NCBI GenBank assembly: GCA_017479035.1
Contig: JAFVCR010000213.1
Coordinates: 1-31,656 of the forward strand
Origin: Kiritimatiellia bacterium
GTDB taxonomy: Bacteria; Verrucomicrobiota; Kiritimatiellia; RFP12; UBA1067
Reading direction: 5' to 3'
Length of the DNA stretch: 31,656 bases
Position numbers and translations under genes: made by a program. This document shows positions 17,158 through 26,997 of this stretch, in pieces (within the stretch, counting starts at the first letter, position 1; each line of letters opens with the position of its first letter). Below the pieces are notes generated by a model. The model worked only from the letters and a program-made list of their open reading frames with translations. It had not been told where the DNA came from and did no database searches.

Positions 17158-17805
17158 TCAAGGGAAATCATTTGTGGCGGATTCGTATGCTTGCCACTCA
17201 TGGGTCGACGGATGCAGAAATTCCAGCCTGCAAGAATGCAGCATCAATCGTTTCGCACGGGTGCGTCCATATCGCAAGTCTCCCACTATCGGGAAGCCCA
17301 TGCCGGCAAAGTGGACTCGTATCTGGTGCTTTCTGCCGCTTTTCAAATACACTTCCACAAGCGTAGCGTGTTTGTACCGCTCCAGCACTCTCCATTCTGT
17401 AAGTGCTGCCCGCCCTTCTCCATCTGGCACGATGCGCACGGAAAGTGTTTTGGGATCTTCCGCTAGGCTGCCTCTGCACACGCCCTCGTCCGTTTCCAAT
17501 ACGCCATCCACCAGCGCACGATACGTTTTGCGTGTGAGATTGTTCCAGTCGTTGCGGAAATACTCCTGCACCTCCGGTGTTTTTGCAACCATCATCACGC
17601 CGCTCGTATCGCGATCGAGCCGATGGACGAGATAAACCTGCTTTTTGCTTTTGCGCTGTCCTTTGCGCACATAATCCGTGAGAGCCGCCTCCACGGAATA
17701 TGCATCCATCCCCTGCGAAAGCACTCCCTCGGCCTTGTCCACTACTATTACAGCAGCGTCCTCGTGCAGGATTTCGATGCCGCGAATACGGCGGCGCGGT
17801 TTCAT
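17158..17805 (-). CDS. RluA-family RNA pseudouridine synthase (no S4 domain)
   Basis: VVDKAEG, VHRLDRDTSG (catalytic Asp), GRKHQIRVH, PIVGDLRYG, LMLHS. Confidence 0.95.
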   Translation of the reverse strand: MKPRRRIRGIEILHEDAAVIVVDKAEGVLSQGMDAYSVEAALTDYVRKGQRKSKKQVYLVHRLDRDTSGVMMVAKTPEVQEYFRNDWNNLTRKTYRALVDGVLETDEGVCRGSLAEDPKTLSVRIVPDGEGRAALTEWRVLERYKHATLVEVYLKSGRKHQIRVHFAGMGFPIVGDLRYGRTRAKRLMLHSCRLEFLHPSTHEWQAYESATNDFP

Positions 17806-18749
17806 TCCAGAACCGTCCGCGCCTTACGTATAGTCATGCCGCAGGGATCCAACACTCCGGCGAACACCGCCTCGACGCGATTGTTTACATTGCGCATCTG
17901 GAAAAGTGCGATATACTGGCGGTAAAACTTGCGCAACGGATAGTCCGCATACGGCGCAACCTCTATTCCACCATCGCCCGAACCCACAAGCGAGCACTCC
18001 TGCCCTAACCCGAACGCAAGCAAAGGCCCGCCTAGCGCTCTCACCTCCGCCACGACCGCACTTTCGGAATAGTTGCCGTCGTCCTTCTCGGTGCGCATCA
18101 ATTCTATTCCGCAATCGCGATATATCTGGCGTCCCTCGTTGGTTTTAGGCGTTATCGCCGCCACTACCATGCCGTTCGTAACCATCTGCGCAACGCATGC
18201 GCTCGATTGCGGATCCAGCCCTACCGCCGCATCGTCCGGCAGATACGTGCCATCCTCGCCGCGCTCGCCATATTTTTCCGCCGGCGACTGTTGCGCCGAG
18301 GTCGTGTGGCGCATCAGATACTTCAGCCCGAAACTGTACAGCCCCGTCGCCTCCGCCTTGTTCAGGGAATACGGCACGAGAACCGCACGGAGATTTGGCG
18401 TGAGCCCCGCATTGCGATCCTTTATCGCTTCGTTGCCCGCCGCATCGTCCGGTCCCCAATAGAAATATCCTTCAACGTCCTCGCGCGTAACGGTGTTGAA
18501 ATCGAACCCTCCGCCATTGCCGAGCGGCGTATCCATGTCTACAAGCGCATCGAAACGATTGGGCAGCCGCCCTGTGTTTACCGTCATGTATTCGTCTATG
18601 GCGCGTGCCACCGCCTGCTGGTTCGCAATGGAAACCTTGCGGCTTGCGGTTTTCTTGAGGTTGCCTATTTTCGAGACTGCAAGCGAAGAGACTATCGCAA
18701 TCAACGCCACCACCACCAGAAGTTCTATCAGCGTGAAACCTTTTTTCAT
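17802..18749 (-). CDS. Prepilin-type N-terminal cleavage/methylation domain protein (pilin/pseudopilin-like)
   Basis: MKKG|FTLIELLVVVALIAIVSSLAV class III signal peptide with Glu at +5; C-terminal domain unassigned. Confidence 0.88.
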   Translation of the reverse strand: MKKGFTLIELLVVVALIAIVSSLAVSKIGNLKKTASRKVSIANQQAVARAIDEYMTVNTGRLPNRFDALVDMDTPLGNGGGFDFNTVTREDVEGYFYWGPDDAAGNEAIKDRNAGLTPNLRAVLVPYSLNKAEATGLYSFGLKYLMRHTTSAQQSPAEKYGERGEDGTYLPDDAAVGLDPQSSACVAQMVTNGMVVAAITPKTNEGRQIYRDCGIELMRTEKDDGNYSESAVVAEVRALGGPLLAFGLGQECSLVGSGDGGIEVAPYADYPLRKFYRQYIALFQMRNVNNRVEAVFAGVLDPCGMTIRKARTVLE

Positions 18750-18775
18750 CTTGAGCCCTTTCGTATCCGCGCGGT

Positions 18776-18804
18776 ATTATACCACATCGCGCCTGGCATT
18801 GGAA
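18776..18804 (-). promoter_or_regulatory. Promoter of prepilin-rluA, TTCCAA-17-TATAAT with extended TG
   Basis: TGgTATAAT 26 nt upstream of the ATG at 18749. Confidence 0.65.
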
Positions 18805-18814
18805 GAATTTTGTT

Positions 18815-21800
18815 TCAATCCATTTCCACCACGGCGCGCGTTGCCGTCAACAGCAGCCGGCATGCGATATTCTCCTGCGCGATGCCCGTAAGCGTGGCGA
18901 GTGCCGCGCGATACGCCGCCATTTGCGGAGCGTATGCTGCCTTGATGCGCTTCGTGAACGCCTCCTCCGTTTCGCCGCTCCGCATGGCATTCGTTTTGAA
19001 ATCGTCCACCACAGCCCGCCGCACAGCACCGCCGTAAAACGTCACGCGGTCGAATCTGCCGCTTTCCCACACACCCTTTTCCGCAGCATAGATCTCGTAT
19101 GGCATCTCGCGCCACAATGCCACGGCATCATCATCCCGCACAAACGCCCGTGCAAACGCATCGTGTGCATCTTCCTTGGCGAGCCATTCGATCTTCGCAA
19201 GCCTGGCATGCTCCTCCACGCCCCTTCTCGCCGCTTCGCCGTGCGCAATCTCGAAAAGCCCGTGCAGATCTGTAACGCCATACGATTTGCTGGACGGCCT
19301 CGCTGTCTTTACGTCGCCCGCCTTCGGCACGATACGCACGGCATCATCCGTTGATTCCTTTGCCGGTTGACCTTTCCCCGCTGCTGCAAAAGGTGGCATC
19401 TCGCCCAGACAAAACGGCAGACCTGGCAGTGCCATGCGTATCATGTTCGCCGCCGAGCGCTCCCCCGCCCTGTCCGGCAGCAGAACGTGCAAAGCCTTGC
19501 GCGCACGGGTCAGCGCAACGTAGTAAAGGTGTATCGCCTCTAGCATGCCACCCTCCGCAACATTGCGGTACGCCTTTGCAAGCGGCTCGTTCAAAAGTGA
19601 GATATTTTCGTCGATGCAATCAAGTGCCCACTTCCCTCCAGAGCCGGAAATCATCGCACTGCGTTTCGGCCGTGCGATGTCGGTGTTGCGATTGTCGAAC
19701 ACCGGCACGATTGCGCGATCAAGCGTAAGCCCTTTCGAGCGGTGTATCGTAAGTATGCGTATCGCCTTTGACGTTGCAGCAAGTGTGCGCTCTTTCTGCA
19801 TCGCAAGATATTCACGGAAGTCGCCCGCCGTTGCATCGCTGGCTGCTACATCCTGATACGCCACCGCCGCGCGGACTAGTGCTGCGGCCTTTTCGCGGGA
19901 ATACGCATCCATCGAATCCGCCAGTCTGTCCACGAACGTTCGCAATGTCCGTGCCAATCCCAGACGGCTCAAATCGCGGCGCACGGCAGCGGCGATCTGC
20001 ATTGCATCCGCATCTTCGCCGAATATCTTTTTCGCCACCGTGCCGATTCCAGCCATCCCCGCCGCGAATTTGTCCGCAGGGTTCTCCGCAAGGCGCAGCA
20101 GATCGAGAAGCCTGTGCACCAGTGGCGAATCCAACATCGTTCCCGTGCCTTCCCACACCACCGGCAGCTGCGCCTCTTTGCGCAGATATGCCTCGAGATT
20201 GCGTCCCTGTTCATTTGTGCGCACTAGAATGCCTATCGTCTCTGGCGAATCGCCATGCATACGCCAGAGTTCCTGTAGCAGTTTCTTCAACGCCGGGCCG
20301 AACCGCAACACCTCCGGTGTCACGTCTGGCGAATCCTCGTCCGCCTGCTCTGGCACGTCGTCCGGCGCGGACACTTCCACCACCTCCACGAAATCCGGTG
20401 CTGCCGCCATGTCCGCCTCGTGTCTGCGCCAGCAGGAATTGGTCGCCGCGTCGATCCATTTATCCTCTATAGCCTTTGCAAGATGCTTCTTGAGCAACGA
20501 TGCGAATGCGCCAGACATGTTCTCCGCGCAAAAGACCCTGTTCAGAAACTCGCAAATGTTGCGCCCGTATCTGCGCGACAGGTCGAGATCCACTATCGCT
20601 CCCAGTCTGCGCCCATCGTCCAGTATCGTAGCCTCGCCCTTCTCGTCCAGCCCGGACATCGCCCGCATCGCCATTAATTCCGCAAACGGTGCTTCACTGC
20701 CGCCGCGCCATGCGTATATCGCCTGCTTGAGATCGCCCACCGCCATCACGGTTTTCTCGTCATCCACAGCCGCATTCTCTATCAACGATTTGAGGCATGT
20801 CCATTGCTGCTCACTGGTATCCTGGAACTCATCGAGCGCCCAGTGTGCAAACCGCGAATCGAACCTGTATTCCATGTTCTCCACCGCACCGCTGTTGGCA
20901 CCGCGTGCAAAACGCTCCCGCAATCGCGTCATGTCCGCAAACGTCAGCAGCCCCAGTCGGCGCGAAGCCTTTTCGTATACTCCTTCCACGGCAGCGATGG
21001 CGGCGATCTTCGCTGCTGCATCGCGCAGCCGTTCGCGGACTGCTAGCGTGCGCATCCTCTTGAAATCTCTGCGTATCGCATCTCCCAACTCCGGCGGATA
21101 GACATATTCTATTGTAACTCTCTTCAGCGGCCGCACGAAGGAATTTGACACGTTCTCCGGGTTCGCAAAATGCCCGAAGAACGCTTTGGCATCTACTGAT
21201 TTTGGCTTCCAGAATGCCTTGCCGTCGAACGCATTGCATGCGGCCGCGAACTCCGCAAGCGCATTCGCGGCATTATTGCCTAGTTCGATTTCCGCAAATT
21301 CGTCCGCGCACACCGCAGGCGGCGTTTCCGCGAACGATGCAACCTCGTCCAGCGCAAGCGCGTCGGCCATTTCTTCCTGCGTCGGCAGTCTGCCGTCTAG
21401 CACAAAATCGCGCCACTCCGTGCCCAACAGTTTCTCCACCTCCGCTACGGGATCATACGGCGCCGACGATGCGAAGAGCCGCCGCACTGCTGCGGCAAAT
21501 CCTTCCGCCGCCGTACGCGACCGCGCCATCGCGCGCAGCGAATCCTTCACCGCCACCGCTTCCGAATATCCGTCCAGCACCGCCACATCGCCCATGAATC
21601 CCAACTCGAGCGGAAAGTTCCGCACGAGCCGCAAAATGAAACTGTCCAGCGTTGCAATCGCGCCGGAATGCTGTGCGGACACAAGTTCGCGCAACACCTT
21701 CAAAAACGCATCCTGCAAGCGCGGCATCTCCGCAAGGTCTTTGCGCAACGGCATCGCTCCGCCGTCCGTTATCCGTGCCAGTTCTTTTCGCGCCGCATCC

Positions 21801-22012
21801 TCCGTTCTGCACGCTTCCACCAGCCTCTGCGCAATCTTGGAATAAATCTCCTGCGCCGCCGCGCGCGAAAACGTAAGTGCAAGTATGTCCGCGCAAGGAA
21901 CGCCGCGCACCGCCACCAGATGCAGGTATCTCGTTGCTATAGAATACGTCTTGCCGGTGCCCGCGCTTGCACATATCACGATATTCTTCACCGCTTGCGC
22001 CATATCGTTCAT
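18815..22012 (-). CDS. addA: AddA-like UvrD helicase with C-terminal PD-(D/E)xK nuclease
   Basis: ASAGTGKT, DEFQDTS, VGDLKQAIYAWRG, TIHRSKGL, YVALTRAR, GRFDRV...DDFKT...QMAAY; ATGA overlap with addB. Confidence 0.88.
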   Translation of the reverse strand: MNDMAQAVKNIVICASAGTGKTYSIATRYLHLVAVRGVPCADILALTFSRAAAQEIYSKIAQRLVEACRTEDAARKELARITDGGAMPLRKDLAEMPRLQDAFLKVLRELVSAQHSGAIATLDSFILRLVRNFPLELGFMGDVAVLDGYSEAVAVKDSLRAMARSRTAAEGFAAAVRRLFASSAPYDPVAEVEKLLGTEWRDFVLDGRLPTQEEMADALALDEVASFAETPPAVCADEFAEIELGNNAANALAEFAAACNAFDGKAFWKPKSVDAKAFFGHFANPENVSNSFVRPLKRVTIEYVYPPELGDAIRRDFKRMRTLAVRERLRDAAAKIAAIAAVEGVYEKASRRLGLLTFADMTRLRERFARGANSGAVENMEYRFDSRFAHWALDEFQDTSEQQWTCLKSLIENAAVDDEKTVMAVGDLKQAIYAWRGGSEAPFAELMAMRAMSGLDEKGEATILDDGRRLGAIVDLDLSRRYGRNICEFLNRVFCAENMSGAFASLLKKHLAKAIEDKWIDAATNSCWRRHEADMAAAPDFVEVVEVSAPDDVPEQADEDSPDVTPEVLRFGPALKKLLQELWRMHGDSPETIGILVRTNEQGRNLEAYLRKEAQLPVVWEGTGTMLDSPLVHRLLDLLRLAENPADKFAAGMAGIGTVAKKIFGEDADAMQIAAAVRRDLSRLGLARTLRTFVDRLADSMDAYSREKAAALVRAAVAYQDVAASDATAGDFREYLAMQKERTLAATSKAIRILTIHRSKGLTLDRAIVPVFDNRNTDIARPKRSAMISGSGGKWALDCIDENISLLNEPLAKAYRNVAEGGMLEAIHLYYVALTRARKALHVLLPDRAGERSAANMIRMALPGLPFCLGEMPPFAAAGKGQPAKESTDDAVRIVPKAGDVKTARPSSKSYGVTDLHGLFEIAHGEAARRGVEEHARLAKIEWLAKEDAHDAFARAFVRDDDAVALWREMPYEIYAAEKGVWESGRFDRVTFYGGAVRRAVVDDFKTNAMRSGETEEAFTKRIKAAYAPQMAAYRAALATLTGIAQENIACRLLLTATRAVVEMD

Positions 22013-25000
22013 AAATCGCCGCCTTCCCCGGCAAACGCCGCAAGCCGCGTTTCCTGCGCATCCAGCCACTCTCCTCGCAGATCAACTTTCGGCGAAAACA
22101 CAAACAGCGAAGCAAAATCCCTCTGCCACAAATCTCCAGGTGCCGGCGGCCAGAAGATTCCCTGCGCCATTGCCTCCACGGCACTCTTGGCAGTATCGTA
22201 CGCCTGTTGGGCGAAGTCCATCAAAACTATATTCGACTCCGCCGCAAAGCCGTCCATCCTGTGGCGGCTGCCCCACACGCATACATCGCCGGCGCTCTTG
22301 CCCAGCACGAGATAGCATGCGTCGTTCACTGCCGATACGCCGTCCCGGCAGAACACCTGTGCATTTTTTCTAGCAAGCGCAAGTGCGTACAATGGCACCT
22401 GCACGCTCAAAAACCTCTTCTCTTTCGCCAATGGATGCGCACTCGTTTTGAACAGCGGATATTTATGCATCTTGGCCAATGCCGCATTCTCGTCTCCGCC
22501 AGCGAAAAGATGCCCCTCCAGCGAAACCTTCGCCGCAGAATCCCACGTTTTGTAGTCGATCACCCTGAAACCATGCACAGGATGCCAATCGACTCTGTCT
22601 ATCGAACCCGTCAAATACGGCAAGTCGCGTCCGAACAGGAAAACCTTTTCGTCGTTCTTTTTGGTTCTGTCGTGCAATTTCATCTCCGCCGAATATGGCT
22701 GCCAGCCTTCTCTTGCCCATTGCGCCTGTATCGGCGCGAACGCGAGTATGCGCTTTTTCAACGCTTCCATCTGCAGTGCAACTCTTTGCGTCGCCGGCTC
22801 GAGATGCGCCGTTGCTCGTGCACAACTCTCCTCAAGCATTTCAACGATCTCGCGCTCGTCGCGATGAGCCGTGCCGGTTGAAGCGATATGCTTGATTTCC
22901 GCATTCGCAAAATCCTCCAGCACTCCATGCGCGAGCGTCCCGAAATCCGTCTTTTCCATAGCCTCGCGTGGGTCGTCTTTTCTCAACCCGCACCCGTATG
23001 CCAGAAACCACGTAAACGGGCAACGCAAATAAGAATCTATCGAACTGGGGCTCACCGATCCCGCCTGTTCCGCAGTCTTGTTCGGAAACGAATATCCGCT
23101 TCCTAGCACAAGCCGTGCAGCCGCGCACTGCGCTCTTGCCGGCATTTGCGCTATCTCCACATCGTTGCCGAAGAGCTTTTCCGCCCGTTGAGCCAAATCG
23201 CCATCTTTGCACAGGAACAGCAATCGCGAAGGTTTTATCGCATCCCCTTCAGGCGACGTTTTTGAAACGTGGCATCTCACCGCACCCTTTTCCCTGCAGC
23301 GCAACATCTCGCGCAGCAAAAACGCATCCCGCGCCAATCTTCGTGCATTGTCGCCTATGCCCAACGCGCTGCGCAACGCATCCGGCAAAAACGGATGCCC
23401 CGTGAGCGAATCCGGCACTTTTCCCTCGTGCATTCCTGCTATGGAAATCTCATCGGCGGCACTCCATGCAAGTTCCAGCCATCCTTCCGTTTTTACTACA
23501 TCCGCCGCCGCAGGTTCTAGCGAGTAGAGAGCATTCCCCAACACATCTGCGGCAAAATCGGCAAATGGCTTTTTACCCAGCGCGCGCGCCACAGGATGTT
23601 CCAGTATCTCCATCGCACCCACAAGAGCCTCCGCCGCTACGGCGAATTCCTCCGAATAGGCATTCCGTGCACGATGCCGGCCTTCGTAGACTGCAAGCAG
23701 GAACGACCTCAAAAACCCCGCGAAATTCCCGGGTGCTGCCGCGCGCGCCTCCTCTACCATGTCGACGAACACCACCGCAGCCGCACGCGCCAATGAATGC
23801 CGGCTCTTCGCAAATCCCCTCGAGTCCGGCGCAAGCGTCCCCGCAAACGTCTCCGCGTGGTATTTCTCTACTGCGGCAAGTATCGCTTCCGCAGTTGCTC
23901 CGCTCGCATTGCACTTGCCCGCAATCGCCGCGAGAACATCATCCGCGTGCAGCAATGCGTGGAACACTCTCCACGGCACCTCTGCTCCAGCCTCGCGCAT
24001 CTCCCACACGCGCAACAGATTAATCGCCGCCGCCCCCAGCGAACTTGCCGCCAAACGATGCATTTGCGGATTGTGCAACACCGCCCCGCAATTCAAGAAC
24101 GCCGCTTCAAGTTCCGGGGAGAGGTCTCCATCCGCCAACCCCACGGCCATGCTTCGCGCGGATTTTGCATACTCCTCTGCTACGTTTCTGGCAAGGGCTT
24201 TTGCCGACGATGCCACGTGGATTTCATGCTCCGTTAGGTTCTCCGGAATCGGAGCCTTGCCAAGCGTCCACATGTCCGGCAGCGGTCTCCCCCATTTGTC
24301 GAACAAATCCTTCTCGCTTTCGTCCGCATGCAATGCCACGTTCACGCACAGCCTGGGGTTCGCCTCCATCCATTTTTCCAGTATGCTGTAAAGCCCCTGC
24401 ATAGGGTCTGCAAGTGCCGGCAGCATTATCTCTTCCACTTCCTCTGGCGGTGGAGGCGGTTCGTTCCGTGCCCTGCGTATCGCGGCAGAATCGTGCAATA
24501 TCCCCTTCTCGCCCAGCACCTTGAAAAATTCCTTTTCAAGATCTGCCAGCTCCTGCCATCGCACATCCTCGTCGCCCTGCGCCGCAATGAAAACATCCTG
24601 CACGCGGCCTTTCTGCGCAGCCATTTCCGGCACGTCCTGCATCGTCAGCGAGCCCCCCGCCAACGCTCGCCAAATATCCGAGAGCTGGTCGTAGAACGCG
24701 ATAAGCAGTTTTGCGTCCGGCTGCGGCATTTGCCCGAACAGATGCGGCCATCGCGTCTTTGCATCCACCCTCATGGCAAAATCGACAAATGCGGCCTTTG
24801 CAAGTTCGCTCGGTGAAGGTCTTGTTTCTCCGAACACTACATCCATCGGCTGCATCACTCGCGGTGGCAGCACGGCACCCGCTTTTTTCGCCAATTCTTT
24901 TCGTAAGTTTCGCGCAGCCTGCGCAGTTGGCACCACCACCATAACATGCGCGAGAGACTTGGCAAAAGCGGTTCTCGCATCGCACCTCGTTTTTGCAATC

Positions 25001-25068
25001 AACGCCTCCGCCGTTGCGTCCACGAGTTTCTTTCCCGGATCGAGACAAGTGCGCGTGATATTCATCAT
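22009..25068 (-). CDS. addB: AddB-like inactive-helicase / PD-(D/E)xK nuclease subunit
   Basis: SPSSIDSYLRCPF, FGTLAHGVLE, GSIDRVD...IDYKT...QVPLYA; paired with addA. Confidence 0.82.
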   Translation of the reverse strand: MMNITRTCLDPGKKLVDATAEALIAKTRCDARTAFAKSLAHVMVVVPTAQAARNLRKELAKKAGAVLPPRVMQPMDVVFGETRPSPSELAKAAFVDFAMRVDAKTRWPHLFGQMPQPDAKLLIAFYDQLSDIWRALAGGSLTMQDVPEMAAQKGRVQDVFIAAQGDEDVRWQELADLEKEFFKVLGEKGILHDSAAIRRARNEPPPPPEEVEEIMLPALADPMQGLYSILEKWMEANPRLCVNVALHADESEKDLFDKWGRPLPDMWTLGKAPIPENLTEHEIHVASSAKALARNVAEEYAKSARSMAVGLADGDLSPELEAAFLNCGAVLHNPQMHRLAASSLGAAAINLLRVWEMREAGAEVPWRVFHALLHADDVLAAIAGKCNASGATAEAILAAVEKYHAETFAGTLAPDSRGFAKSRHSLARAAAVVFVDMVEEARAAAPGNFAGFLRSFLLAVYEGRHRARNAYSEEFAVAAEALVGAMEILEHPVARALGKKPFADFAADVLGNALYSLEPAAADVVKTEGWLELAWSAADEISIAGMHEGKVPDSLTGHPFLPDALRSALGIGDNARRLARDAFLLREMLRCREKGAVRCHVSKTSPEGDAIKPSRLLFLCKDGDLAQRAEKLFGNDVEIAQMPARAQCAAARLVLGSGYSFPNKTAEQAGSVSPSSIDSYLRCPFTWFLAYGCGLRKDDPREAMEKTDFGTLAHGVLEDFANAEIKHIASTGTAHRDEREIVEMLEESCARATAHLEPATQRVALQMEALKKRILAFAPIQAQWAREGWQPYSAEMKLHDRTKKNDEKVFLFGRDLPYLTGSIDRVDWHPVHGFRVIDYKTWDSAAKVSLEGHLFAGGDENAALAKMHKYPLFKTSAHPLAKEKRFLSVQVPLYALALARKNAQVFCRDGVSAVNDACYLVLGKSAGDVCVWGSRHRMDGFAAESNIVLMDFAQQAYDTAKSAVEAMAQGIFWPPAPGDLWQRDFASLFVFSPKVDLRGEWLDAQETRLAAFAGEGGDL

Positions 25069-25072
25069 TCCC

Positions 25073-26374
25073 TCACTCGTGGAAATCTCCGTCGGCGATT
25101 TCATCCCCTGGCGGAGCCGAAGCCAGATCGGCAATCGCCGAGGAAATCTTCTCCACCGCTCTCGCGTCCGCCACGAGCGGCGGCATCGTGTATATGTAGT
25201 TGCAGAATGGCCTCAACCACACGCCGTTGTCGCGTATAACCCTTTCGATGTCATCCACTCGCGGCATGCGTTCCACCTCTACGATTCCTACCGCTCCTTT
25301 CACGCGCACGTCCTTGACATTCGCCAACGCCTTCAGCGGCGGCAGCCTCTCTGCCAAAATCTTTTCTATGCCGTTCGCCTTGGCTTCGTAGTCCCCCTCC
25401 GCAAACAGCTCGAGCGATGCATTCGCCGCCGCGCATGCGATAGGGTTCGCCATGAATGTCGGCCCGTGCATAAACGCGCTAGGAGTCCCTTCCGAGATCG
25501 TCCGCGCCACATCTTCGCTTGCAATCGTCGCCGCCAGCGTGCAATGCCCGCCGGTCAATGCCTTGCCCACGCACATTATGTCTGGCGTGACTTTGGCGGC
25601 TCTGTGCGCCCACAGCGGTCCAGTCCTGTGGAATCCCGCCGCGATTTCATCGAACACCAGCGGAATGTCCGCCGCCGCGCACATGCTTTTCATGTACGTC
25701 AAATACACCGGCGAATAGAACCACATCGCATTCGCTGCCTGGAACACGGGCTCGCATATCACGCCTGCGATTTCGTCTCTGTGTTTTTCCAGCGTCTCTG
25801 CGAACATGACGAGTTCTTCGATGTCGAACTTTGCGGAGAATTTTTCCGCAAAAAAATGCTTCGGCATCATCCCCGCGAACAGCGTATGCATCCCGTCCGG
25901 ATCGGAAAGTGCCATAGCACATGCCGTATCTCCATGATAGCCGCCTTTCAGCGCAAGCATTTTCGTGCGTTGCTTTCTCCCCTTTGCATTCTGGTATTGG
26001 AGGCACATTTTCACGGCCACCTCCACCGCTATCGACCCCGAATCTGCCAGAAACACCTTGTTCAGTCCGTCCGGCGCAATCGCCGCTAGTTTCTCTGCAA
26101 GCGTCACAGCCCCTTCGTGCGTGAATCCGCCGAACATGACATGCGAGAGCCTCTCACCCTGCTTGCGCATCGCCTCCACGATTTTAGGATGGTTGTGCCC
26201 GTGCGCCACGCTCCACCAACTCGCCACGGCATCGATAAGGCGCGACCCGTCCGCCAGTGTAATCTCCACACCGTTCGCAGACTTCGCCAGCCGCACCGGT
26301 GGTGGATTCGTCAAACTCGCATACGGATGCCACACAAAGGTTCTGTCGTATTCCAATATCGCATTGTCTTTCAT
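25073..26374 (-). CDS. bioA: Adenosylmethionine-8-amino-7-oxononanoate aminotransferase
   Basis: WHPY, ASWWSVAHG, HVMFGG, SGSIAVEVA, GYHGDT, DEIAAGFHRTG, VGKALTGG (PLP Lys), MHGPTFMANP, WLRPF...YTMPP. Start at MKDNAIL (ATGA overlap, GGAGG SD). Confidence 0.95.
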   Translation of the reverse strand: MKDNAILEYDRTFVWHPYASLTNPPPVRLAKSANGVEITLADGSRLIDAVASWWSVAHGHNHPKIVEAMRKQGERLSHVMFGGFTHEGAVTLAEKLAAIAPDGLNKVFLADSGSIAVEVAVKMCLQYQNAKGRKQRTKMLALKGGYHGDTACAMALSDPDGMHTLFAGMMPKHFFAEKFSAKFDIEELVMFAETLEKHRDEIAGVICEPVFQAANAMWFYSPVYLTYMKSMCAAADIPLVFDEIAAGFHRTGPLWAHRAAKVTPDIMCVGKALTGGHCTLAATIASEDVARTISEGTPSAFMHGPTFMANPIACAAANASLELFAEGDYEAKANGIEKILAERLPPLKALANVKDVRVKGAVGIVEVERMPRVDDIERVIRDNGVWLRPFCNYIYTMPPLVADARAVEKISSAIADLASAPPGDEIADGDFHE

Positions 26375-26943
26375 GCGCCTTCCTCCAATACTCCCATCAA
26401 ACGCGCAAGCATTTCGGATTTCTCGCGGATTTCGCACTGCGCAAGCCCCTCAATCTCGTGCGGGAATACTGTCCATTCCGCAAGTCTCTTCACATGATAC
26501 TCCGGCTCTTTAGCCACCGCCGCCACGCCGGATTTCACATACACTGCCGCCAGACGCATATCGCACACGCCCCCCAAAGTCTCCCGCACGTCCCTGGCGG
26601 TTGCGCCCGTGTCGAAAATATCATCCGCCACAAGCACCCGCGCCCTGCGTCCCAGCCGTCCGCCCACTGCGGCAATTTCATCGAGCACGCACTCCAGCCC
26701 GGTGAAAACCGCCTTGCCTGTAGACTCTCCTATCCCCGCATAACTCTTGCACACCAGCGGAATGTTCGTCGTCTTGCGCCCCTTCGCAGCAAGGAATTCC
26801 TGTATCCCTATGCCTACCGCCGCGCCGCCGCGCCACAGCGATACTATCACATCGGGAGCGAAGGCGGCATCGTCCGCCACCTTCGCCGCCAACGTCCAAA
26901 TATCATGCTGGAAATCCCGCGCATCGATGTAGATTTTTCTCAT
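26371..26943 (-). CDS. Type I phosphoribosyltransferase, probably purine (hypoxanthine/xanthine/guanine) salvage
   Basis: LWRGG, PRPP-binding loop VLVADDIFDTGAT, WTVFPHE; start at MRKIYID. Confidence 0.85.
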   Translation of the reverse strand: MRKIYIDARDFQHDIWTLAAKVADDAAFAPDVIVSLWRGGAAVGIGIQEFLAAKGRKTTNIPLVCKSYAGIGESTGKAVFTGLECVLDEIAAVGGRLGRRARVLVADDIFDTGATARDVRETLGGVCDMRLAAVYVKSGVAAVAKEPEYHVKRLAEWTVFPHEIEGLAQCEIREKSEMLARLMGVLEEGA

Positions 26944-26949
26944 ACCGGG

Positions 26950-26978
26950 ATTATACCACAAATCCCCGCCTCTTGCAA
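26950..26978 (-). promoter_or_regulatory. Promoter TTGCAA-17-TATAAT with extended TG; leaderless geometry
   Basis: -10 ends 6 nt before the ATG at 26943; no room for an SD. Confidence 0.75.
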
Positions 26979-26997
26979 ATTTGCACTTCGCGCGGCG

